DNA of 64,000 nt, from the NCBI GenBank assembly GCA_964057225.1, contig OZ059900.1, forward strand, positions 19,840,001-19,904,000, in the 5' to 3' direction. The notes below the pieces were generated by a model. That model did no database searches. It had not been told where the DNA came from and saw only the letters and a list, made by a program, of their open reading frames with translations. The stretch is from Auanema rhodensis. Lineage: Eukaryota > Animalia > Nematoda. Below, piece by piece: positions 1-10,800 of this stretch. The translations under genes were made by a program, and so were the position numbers. Position 1 is the first letter of the stretch, and each line of letters starts with the position of its first letter.

Positions 1-19
1 GTTTTCCAGCATAATAAAA

Positions 20-37
20 TATTTCTCATGGGAAATA
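20..37. other. 18-bp near-palindrome TATTTCTCATGGGAAATA in each monomer (1 mismatch)
   Basis: The reverse complement of TATTTCTCA is TGAGAAATA, versus the observed TGGGAAATA. Confidence 0.85.
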
Positions 38-61
38 CTGTGTTTTTGTATTTTTCTAGTG

Positions 62-104
62 TTCAGCATGTAAAATGCTTCATTTTAGTATGTAACACGC
101 TGAA
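62..104. other. Nested inverted repeat present in each monomer: TTCAGCATGT...ACACGCTGAA (9/10) enclosing TAAAATG-CTT-CATTTTA (7/7, 3-nt loop)
   Basis: Reverse-complement matches read directly: 62-71 vs 95-104, and 71-77 vs 81-87. Confidence 0.85.
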
Positions 105-152
105 ATTCGTTGCATTTGACGACTCATATGAACAAAAATCGATTTAATCAAT

Positions 153-189
153 ATTAGCCATAAGGGGCGTGCCCTCAGAATATGCTAAT
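153..189. other. Imperfect stem-loop ATTAGC..GGGC-GT-GCCC..GCTAAT around the only GC-rich patch of the monomer
   Basis: ATTAGC (153-158) and GCTAAT (184-189) are reverse complements, with an inner GGGC/GCCC pair. Confidence 0.65.
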
Positions 190-3100
190 TTCCTTAATTT
201 TCTAACCCCTGTTTTTTTGTCGTGAAAGTGGAACTAGACGTTGTACGAACAATTTTGAGCTAGGTTTCATTGACATTGCATGAGTTTGAACACATGAAAT
301 CGTAAGTCAAAACCTTGTTTACAGCGAAATTTCCAAAAACTGGTTTTCCAGCATAATAAAATATTTCTCATGGGAAATACTGTGTTTTTGTATTTTTCTA
401 GTGTTCAGCATGTAAAATGCTTCATTTTAGTATGTAACTCGCTGAAATTCGTTGCATTTGACGACTCATATGAACAAAAATCGATTTAATCAATATTAGC
501 CATAAGGGGCGTGCCCTCAGAATATGCTAATTTCCTTAATTTTCTAACCCTTGTTTTTTTGTCGTGAAAGTGGAACTAGACGTTGTACGAACAATTTTGA
601 GCTAGGTTTCATTGACATTGCATGAGTTTGAACACATGAAATCGTAAGTCAAAACCTTGTTTACAGCGAAATTTCCAAAAACTGGTTTTCCAGCATAATA
701 AAATATTTCTCAAGGGAAATACTGTGTTTTTGTATTTTTCTAGTGTTCAGCATGTAAAATGCTTCCTTTTAGTATGTAACACGCTGAAATTCGTTGCATT
801 TGACGACTCATATGAACAAAAATCGATTTAATCAATATTAGCCATAAGGGGCGTGCCCTCAGAATATGCTAATTTCCTTAGTTTTCTAACCCCTGTTTTT
901 TTGTCGTGAAAGTGGAACTAGACGTTGTACGAACAATTTTGAGCTAGGTTTCATTGACATTGCATGAGTTTGAACACATGAAATCGTAAGTCAAAACCTT
1001 GTTTACAGCGAAATTTCCAAAAACTGGTTTTCCAGCATAATAAAATATTTCTCATGGGAAATACTGTGTTTTTGTATTTTTCTAGTGTTCAGCATGTAAA
1101 ATGCTTCATTTTAGTATGTAACACGCTGAAATTCGTTGCATTTGACGACTCATATGAACAAAAATCGATTTATTCAATATTAGCCATAAGGGGCGTCCCC
1201 TCAGAATATGCTAATTTCCTTAATTTTCTAACCCCTGTTTTTTTGTCGTGAAAGTGGAACTAGACGTTGTACGAACAATTTTGAGCTATGTTTCATTGAC
1301 ATTGCATGAGTTTGAACACATGAAATCGTAAGTCAAAACCTTGTTTACAGCGAAATTTCCAAAAACTGGTTTTCCAGCATAATAAAATATTTCTCATGGG
1401 AAATACTGTGTTTTTGTATTTTTCTAGTGTTCAGCATGTAAAATGCTTCATTTTAGTATGTAACTCGCTGAAATTCGTTGCATTTGACGACTCATATGAA
1501 CAAAAATCGATTTAATCAATATTAGCCATAAGGGGCGTGCCCTCAGAATATGCTAATTTCCTTAATTTTCTAACCCTTGTTTTTTTGTCGTGAAAGTGGA
1601 ACTAGACGTTGTACGAACAATTTTGAGCTAGGTTTCATTGACATTGCATGAGTTTGAACACATGAAATCGTAAGTCAAAACCTTGTTTACAGCGAAATTT
1701 CCAAAAACTGGTTTTCCAGCATAATAAAATATTTCTCATGGGAAATACTGTGTTTTTGTATTTTTCTAGTGTTCAGCATGTAAAATGCTTCCTTTTAGTA
1801 TGTAACACGCTGAAATTCGTTGCATTTGACGACTCATATGAACAAAAATCGATTTAATCAATATTAGCCATAAGGGGCGTGCCCTCAGAATATGCTAATT
1901 TCCTTAGTTTTCTAACCCCTGTTTTTTTGTCGTGAAAGTGGAACTAGACGTTGTACGAACAATTTTGAGCTAGGTTTCATTGACATTGCATGAGTTTGAA
2001 CACATGAAATCGTAAGTCAAAACCTTGTTTACAGCGAAATTTCCAAAAACTGGTTTTCCAGCATAATAAAATATTTCTCATGGGAAATACTGTGTTTTTG
2101 TATTTTTCTAGTGTTCAGCATGTAAAATGCTTCATTTTAGTATGTAACACGCTGAAATTCGTTGCATTTGACGACTCATATGAACAAAAATCGATTTAAT
2201 CAATATTAGCCATAAGGGGCGTGCCCTCAGAATATGCTAATTTCCTTAATTTTCTAACCCCTGTTTTTTTGTCGTGAAAGTGGAACTAGACGTTGTACGA
2301 ACAATTTTGAGCTATGTTTCATTGACATTGCATGAGTTTGAACACATGAAATCGTAAGTCAAAACCTTGTTTACAGCGAAATTTCCAAAAACTGGTTTTC
2401 CAGCATAATAAAATATTTCTCATGGGAAATACTGTGTTTTTGTATTTTTCTAGTGTTCAGCATGTAAAATGCTTCATTTAAGTATGTAACACGCTGAAAT
2501 TCGTTGCATTTGACGACTCATATGAACAAAAATCGATTTAATCAATATTAGCCATAAGGGGCGTGCCCTCAGAATATGCTAATTTCCTTAATTTTCTAAC
2601 CCTTGTTTTTTTGTCGTGAAAGTGGAACTAGACGTTGTACGAACAATTTTGAGCTAGGTTTCATTGACATTGCATGAGTTTGAACACATGAAATCGTAAG
2701 TCAAAACCTTGTTTACAGCGAAATTTCCAAAAACTGGTTTTCCAGCATAATAAAATATTTCTCATGGGAAATACTGTGTTTTTGTATTTTTCTAGTGTTC
2801 AGCATGTAAAATGCTTCATTTAAGTATGTAACACGCTGAAATTCGTTGCATTTGACGACTCATATGAACAAAAATCGATTTAATCAATATTAGCCATAAG
2901 GGGCGTGCCCTCAGAATATGCTAATTTCCTTAATTTTCTAACCCCTGTTTTTTTGTCGTGAAAGTGGAACTAGACGTTGTACGAACAATTTTGAGCTAGG
3001 TTTCATTGACATTGCATGAGTTTGAACACATGAAATCGTAAGTCAAAACCTTGTTTACAGCGAAATTTCCAAAAACTGGTTTTCCAGCATAATAAAATAT

Positions 3101-5130
3101 TTCTCATGGGAAATACTGTGTTTTTGTATTTTTCTAGTGTTCAGCATGTAAAATGCTTCATTTTAGTATGTAACACGCTGAAATTCGTTGCATTTGACGA
3201 CTCATATGAACAAAAATCGATTTAATCAATATTAGCCATAAGGGGCGTGCCCTCAGAATATGCTAATTTCCTTAATTTTCTAACCCCTGTTTTTTTGTCG
3301 TGAAAGTGGAACTAGACGTTGTACGAACAATTTTGAGCTATGTTTCATTGACATTGCATGAGTTTGAACACATGAAATCGTAAGTCAAAACCTTGTTTAC
3401 AGCGAAATTTCCAAAAACTGGTTTTCCAGCATAATAAAATATTTCTCATGGGAAATACTGTGTTTTTGTATTTTTCTAGTGTTCAGCATGTAAAATGCTT
3501 CATTTAAGTATGTAACACGCTGAAATTCGTTGCATTTGACGACTCATATGAACAAAAATCGATTTAATCAATATTAGCCATAAGGGGCGTGCCCTCAGAA
3601 TATGCTAATTTCCTTAATTTTCTAACCCTTGTTTTTTTGTCGTGAAAGTGGAACTAGACGTTGTACGAACAATTTTGAGCTAGGTTTCATTGACATTGCA
3701 TGAGTTTGAACACATGAAATCGTAAGTCAAAACCTTGTTTACAGCGAAATTTCCAAAAACTGGTTTTCCAGCATAATAAAATATTTCTCATGGGAAATAC
3801 TGTGTTTTTGTATTTTTCTAGTGTTCAGCATGTAAAATGCTTCATTTAAGTATGTAACACGCTGAAATTCGTTGCATTTGACGACTCATATGAACAAAAA
3901 TCGATTTAATCAATATTAGCCATAAGGGGCGTGCCCTCAGAATATGCTAATTTCCTTAATTTTCTAACCCCTGTTTTTTTGTCGTGAAAGTGGAACTAGA
4001 CGTTGTACGAACAATTTTGAGCTAGGTTTCATTGACATTGCATGAGTTTGAACACATGAAATCGTAAGTCAAAACCTTGTTTACAGCGAAATTTCCAAAA
4101 ACTGGTTTTCCAGCATAATAAAATATTTCTCATGGGAAATACTGTGTTTTTGTATTTTTCTAGTGTTCAGCATGTAAAATGCTTCATTTTAGTATGTAAC
4201 ACGCTGAAATTCGTTGCATTTGACGACTCATATGAACAAAAATCGATTTAATCAATATTAGCCATAAGGGGCGTGCCCTCAGAATATGCTAATTTCCTTA
4301 ATTTTCTAACCCTTGTTTTTTTGTCGTGAAAGTGGAACTAGACGTTGTACGAACAATTTTGAGCTAGGTTTCATTGACATTGCATGAGTTTGAACACATG
4401 AAATCGTAAGTCAAAACCTTGTTTACAGCGAAATTTCCAAAAACTGGTTTTCCAGCATAATAAAATATTTCTCATGGGAAATACTGTGTTTTTGTATTTT
4501 TCTAGTGTTCAGCATGTAAAATGCTTCATTTTAGTATGTAACACGCTGAAATTCGTTGCATTTGACGACTCATATGAACAAAAATCGATTTAATCAATAT
4601 TAGCCATAAGGGGCGTGCCCTCAGAATATGCTAATTTCCTAAATTTTCTAACCCCTGTTTTTTTGTCGTGAAAGTGGAACTAGACGTTGTACGAACAATT
4701 TTGAGCTAGGTTTCATTGACATTGCATGAGTTTGAACACATGAAATCGTAAGTCAAAACCTTGTTTACAGCGAAATTTCCAAAAACTGGTTTTCCAGCAT
4801 AATAAAATATTTCTCATGGGAAATACTGTGTTTTTGTATTTTTATAGTGTTCAGCATGTAAAATGCTTCATTTTAGTATGTAACACGCTGAAATTCGTTG
4901 CATTTGACGACTCATATGAACAAAAATCGATTTAATCAATATTAGCCATAAGGGGCGTGCCCTCAGAATATGCTAATTTCCTTAATTTTCTAACCCCTGT
5001 TTTTTTGTCGTGAAAGTGGAACTAGACGTTGTACGAACAATTTTGAGCTAGGTTTCATTGACATTGCATGAGTTTGAACACATGAAATCGTAAGTCAAAA
5101 CCTTGTTTACAGCGAAATTTCCAAAAACTG

Positions 5131-7866
5131 GTTTTCCAGCATAATAAAATATTTCTCATGGGAAATACTGTGTTTTTGTATTTTTCTAGTGTTCAGCATG
5201 TAAAATGCTTCATTTTAGTATGTAACACGCTGAAATTCGTTGCATTTGACGACTCATATGAACAAAAATCGATTTAATCAATATTAGCCATAAGGGGCGT
5301 GCCCTCAGAATATGCTAATTTCCTTAATTTTCTAACCCCTGTTTTTTTGTCGTGAAAGTGGAACTAGACGTTGTACGAACAATTTTGAGCTAGGTTTCAT
5401 TGACATTGCATGAGTTTGAACACATGAAATCGTAAGTCAAAACCTTGTTTACAGCGAAATTTCCAAAAACTGGTTTTCCAGCATAATAAAATATTTCTCA
5501 TGGGAAATACTGTGTTTTTGTATTTTTCTAGTGTTCAGCATGTAAAATGCTTCATTTTAGTATGTAACACGCTGAAAGTCGTTGCATTTGACGACTCATA
5601 TGAACAAAAATCGATTTAATCAATATTAGCCATAAGGGGCGTGCCCTCAGAATATGCTAATTTCCTTAGTTTTCTAACCCCTGTTTTTTTGTCGTGAAAG
5701 TGGAACTAGACGTTGTACGAACAATTTTGAGCTAGGTTTCATTGACATTGCATGAGTTTGAACACATGAAATCGTAAGTCAAAACCTTGTTTACAGCGAA
5801 ATTTCCAAAAACTGGTTTTCCAGCATAATAAAATATTTCTCATGGGAAATACTGTGTTTTTGTATTTTTCTAGTGTTCAGCATGTAAAATGCTTCATTTT
5901 AGTATGTAACACGCTGAAATTCGTTGCATTTGACGAATCATATGAACAAAAATCGATTTAATCAATATTAGCCATAAGGGGCGTGCCCTCAGAATATGCT
6001 TATTTCCTTAATTTTCTAACCCCTGTTTTTTTGTCGTGAAAGTGGAACTAGACGTTGTACGAACAATTTTAAGCTAGGTTTCATTGACATTGCATGAGTT
6101 TGAACACATGAAATCGTAAGTCAAAACCTTGTTTACAGCGAAATTTCCAAAAACTGGTTTTCCAGCATAATAAAATATTTCTCATGGGAAATACTGTGTT
6201 TTTGTATTTTTCTAGTGTTCAGCATGTAAAATGTTTCATTTTAGTATGTAACACGCTAAAATTCGTTGCATTTGACGACTCATATGAACAAAAATCGATT
6301 TAATCAATATTAGCCATAAGGGGCGTGCCCTCAGAATATGCTAATTTCCTTAATTTTCTAACCCCTGTTTTTTTGTCGTGAAAGTGGAACTAGACGTTGT
6401 ACGAACAATTTTGAGCTAGGTTTCATTGACATTGCATGAGTTTGAACACATGAAATCGTAAGTCAAAACCTTGTTTACAGCGAAATTTCCAAAAACTGGT
6501 TTTCCAGCATAATAAAATATTTCTCATGGGAAATACTGTGTTTTTGTATTTTTCTAGTGTTCAGCATGTAAAATGCTTCATTTTAGTATGTAACACGCTG
6601 AAATTCGTTGCATTTGACGACTCATATGAACAAAAATCGATTTAATCAATATTAGCCATAAGGGGCGTGCCCTCAGAATATGCTAATTTCCTTAATTTTC
6701 TAACCCCTGTTTTTTTGTCGTGAAAGTGGAACTAGACGTTGTACGAACAATTTTGAGCTAGGTTTCATTGACATTGCATGAGTTTGAACACATGAAATCG
6801 TAAGTCAAAACCTTGTTTACAGCGAAATTTCCAAAAACTGGTTTTCCAGCATAATAAAATATTTCTCATGGGAAATACTGTGTTTTTGTATTTTTCTAGT
6901 GTTCAGCATGTAAAATGCTTCATTTTAGTATGTAACACGCTGAAAGTCGTTGCATTTGACGACTCATATGAACAAAAATCGATTTAATCAATATTAGCCA
7001 TAAGGGGCGTGCCCTCAGAATATGCTAATTTCCTTAGTTTTCTAACCCCTGTTTTTTTGTCGTGAAAGTGGAACTAGACGTTGTACGAACAATTTTGAGC
7101 TAGGTTTCATTGACATTGCATGAGTTTGAACACATGAAATCGTAAGTCAAAACCTTGTTTACAGCGAAATTTCCAAAAACTGGTTTTCCAGCATAATAAA
7201 ATATTTCTCATGGGAAATACTGTGTTTTTGTATTTTTCTAGTGTTCAGCATGTAAAATGCTTCATTTTAGTATGTAACACGCTGAAATTCGTTGCATTTG
7301 ACGAATCATATGAACAAAAATCGATTTAATCAATATTAGCCATAAGGGGCGTGCCCTCAGAATATGCTTATTTCCTTAATTTTCTAACCCCTGTTTTTTT
7401 GTCGTGAAAGTGGAACTAGACGTTGTACGAACAATTTTAAGCTAGGTTTCATTGACATTGCATGAGTTTGAACACATGAAATCGTAAGTCAAAACCTTGT
7501 TTACAGCGAAATTTCCAAAAACTGGTTTTCCAGCATAATAAAATATTTCTCATGGGAAATACTGTGTTTTTGTATTTTTCTAGTGTTCAGCATGTAAAAT
7601 GTTTCATTTTAGTATGTAACACGCTAAAATTCGTTGCATTTGACGACTCATATGAACAAAAATCGATTTAATCAATATTAGCCATAAGGGGCGTGCCCTC
7701 AGAATATGCTAATTTCCTTAATTTTCTAACCCCTGTTTTTTTGTCGTGAAAGTGGAACTAGACGTTGTACGAACAATTTTGAGCTAGGTTTCATTGACAT
7801 TGCATGAGTTTGAACACATGAAATCGTAAGTCAAAACCTTGTTTACAGCGAAATTTCCAAAAACTG
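5131..7866 (+). repeat. Tandem 4-monomer (1368-bp) duplication
   Basis: M16-19 and M20-23 share the haplotype order: consensus; T106G+A197G; C123A+A187T+G257A; C78T+G102A. Confidence 0.9.
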
Positions 7867-10800
7867 GTTTTCCAGCATAATAAAATATTTCTCATGGGAA
7901 ATACTGTGTTTTTGTATTTTTCTAGTGTTCAGCATGTAAAATGCTTCATTTTAGTATGTAACACGCTGAAAGTCGTTGCATTTGACGACTCATATGAACA
8001 AAAATCGATTTAATCAATATTAGCCATAAGGGGCGTGCCCTCAGAATATGCTAATTTCCTTAGTTTTCTAACCCCTGTTTTTTTGTCGTGAAAGTGGAAC
8101 TAGACGTTGTACGAACAATTTTGAGCTAGGTTTCATTGACATTGCATGAGTTTGAACACATGAAATCGTAAGTCAAAACCTTGTTTACAGCGAAATTTCC
8201 AAAAACTGGTTTTCCAGCAAAATAAAATATTTCTCATGGGAAATACTGTGTTTTTGTATTTTTCTAGTGTTCAGCATGTAAAATGCTTCATTTTAGTATG
8301 TAACACGCTGAAATTCGTTGCATTTGACGAATCATATGAACAAAAATCGATTTAATCAATATTAGCCATAAGGGGCGTGCCCTCAGAATATGCTAATTTC
8401 CTTAATTTTCTAACCCCTGTTTTTTTGTCGTGAAAGTGGAACTAGACGTTGTACGAACAATTTTGAGCTAGGTTTCATTGACATTGCATGAGTTTGAACA
8501 CATGAAATCGTAAGTCAAAACCTTGTTTACAGCGAAATTTCCAAAAACTGGTTTTCCAGCATAATAAAATATTTCTCATGGGAAATACTGTGTTTTTGTA
8601 TTTTTCTAGTGTTCAGCATGTAAAATGCTTCATTTTAGTATGTAACACGCTGAAATTCGTTGCATTTGACGACTCATATGAACAAAAATCGATTTAATCA
8701 ATATTAGCCATAAGGGGCGTGCCCTCAGAATATGCTAATTTCCTTAATTTTCTAACCCCTGTTTTTTTGTCGTGAAAGTGGAACTAGACGTTGTACGAAC
8801 AATTTTAAGCTAGGTTTCATTGACATTGCATGAGTTTGAACACATGAAATCGTAAGTCAAAACCTTGTTTACAGCGAAATTTCCAAAAACTGGTTTTACA
8901 GCATAATAAAATATTTCTCATGGGAAATACTGTGTTTTTGTATTTTTCTAGTGTTCAGCATGTAAAATGCTTCATTTTAGTATGTAACACGCTGAAATTC
9001 GTTGCATTTGACGACTCATATGAACAAAAATCGATTTAATCAATATTAGCCATAAGGGGCGTGCCCTCAGAATATGCTTATTTCCTTAATTTTCTAACCC
9101 CTGTTTTTTTGTCGTGAAAGTGGAACTAGACGTTGTACGAACAATTTTAAGCTAGGTTTCATTGACATTGCATGAGTTTGAACACATGAAATCGTAAGTC
9201 AAAACCTTGTTTACAGCGAAATTTCCAAAAACTGGTTTTCCAGCATAATAAAATATTTCTCATGGGAAATACTGTGTTTTTGTATTTTTCTAGTGTTCAG
9301 CATGTAAAATGTTTCATTTTAGTATGTAACACGCTAAAATTCGTTGCATTTGACGACTCATATGAACAAAAATCGATTTAATCAATATTAGCCATAAGGG
9401 GCGTGCCCTCAGAATATGCTAATTTCCTTAATTTTCTAACCCCTGTTTTTTTGTCGTGAAAGTGGAACTAGACGTTGTACGAACAATTTTGAGCTAGGTT
9501 TCATTGACATTGCATGAGTTTGAACACATGAAATCGTAAGTCAAAACCTTGTTTACAGCGAAATTTCCAAAAACTGGTTTTCCAGCATAATAAAATATTT
9601 CTCATGGGAAATACTGTGTTTTTGTATTTTTCTAGTGTTCAGCATGTAAAATGCTTCATTTTAGTATGTAACACGCTGAAAGTCGTTGCATTTGACGACT
9701 CATATGAACAAAAATCGATTTAATCAATATTAGCCATAAGGGGCGTGCCCTCAGAATATGCTAATTTCCTTAGTTTTCTAACCCCTGTTTTTTTGTCGTG
9801 AAAGTGGAACTAGACGTTGTACGAACAATTTTGAGCTAGGTTTCATTGACATTGCATGAGTTTGAACACATGAAATCGTAAGTCAAAACCTTGTTTACAG
9901 CGAAATTTCCAAAAACTGGTTTTCCAGCAAAATAAAATATTTCTCATGGGAAATACTGTGTTTTTGTATTTTTCTAGTGTTCAGCATGTAAAATGCTTCA
10001 TTTTAGTATGTAACACGCTGAAATTCGTTGCATTTGACGAATCATATGAACAAAAATCGATTTAATCAATATTAGCCATAAGGGGCGTGCCCTCAGAATA
10101 TGCTAATTTCCTTAATTTTCTAACCCCTGTTTTTTTGTCGTGAAAGTGGAACTAGACGTTGTACGAACAATTTTGAGCTAGGTTTCATTGACATTGCATG
10201 AGTTTGAACACATGAAATCGTAAGTCAAAACCTTGTTTACAGCGAAATTTCCAAAAACTGGTTTTCCAGCATAATAAAATATTTCTCATGGGAAATACTG
10301 TGTTTTTGTATTTTTCTAGTGTTCAGCATGTAAAATGCTTCATTTTAGTATGTAACACGCTGAAATTCGTTGCATTTGACGACTCATATGAACAAAAATC
10401 GATTTAATCAATATTAGCCATAAGGGGCGTGCCCTCAGAATATGCTAATTTCCTTAATTTTCTAACCCCTGTTTTTTTGTCGTGAAAGTGGAACTAGACG
10501 TTGTACGAACATTTTTGAGCTATGTTTCATTGACATTGCATGAGTTTGAACACATGAAATCGTAAGTCAAAACCTTGTTTACAGCGAAATTTCCAAAAAC
10601 TGGTTTTCCAGCATAATAAAATATTTCTCATGGGAAATACTGTGTTTTTGTATTTTTCTAGTGTTCAGCATGTAAAATGCTTCATTTTAGTATGTAACAC
10701 GCTGAAAGTCGTTGCATTTGACGACTCATATGAACAAAAATCGATTTAATCAATATTAGCCATAAGGGGCGTGCCCTCAGAATATGCTAATTTCCTTAGT

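Larger units (their letters stand above)
1..342 (+). repeat. Consensus-type satellite monomer (342 bp, ~34% GC, 10 CpG)
   Basis: M1 carries the majority base at every position I compared. Copies that appear identical start at 5131, 6499, 11971, 18125, 36935, 50615 and 61559, among others. Confidence 0.95.

Noticed and set aside
105-121. CENP-B-box-like ATTCGTTGCATTTGACG
   Set aside because: It matches only the 5' half (TTCG....A) and lacks the essential CGGG. The site is also among the most variable in the monomer (T106G/A, C108T/G, G109T/deletion).
198-210. Telomere-like CTAACCCC motif
   Set aside because: It is a single short occurrence per monomer, not tandem, and is expected by chance.
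1-342. 5S rRNA, tRNA, snRNA or spliced-leader tandem gene array
   Set aside because: I recognise no 5S, tRNA or snRNA sequence or Pol III box pattern. A T7 run at 212-218 alone is insufficient. An Rfam cmscan would be the definitive test.
1-342. Primate alpha-satellite dimer (2 x 171 bp)
   Set aside because: The length coincides, but I see no alphoid consensus similarity and the halves are far more diverged than alphoid monomers.
1054-1251. 65-aa ORF (also at 51668, 54746 and 58166)
   Set aside because: It exists only in the four monomers where A147T turns the consensus TAA into TAT; the other copies stop earlier. There is no recognisable domain, and the four copies belong to one duplicated haplotype.
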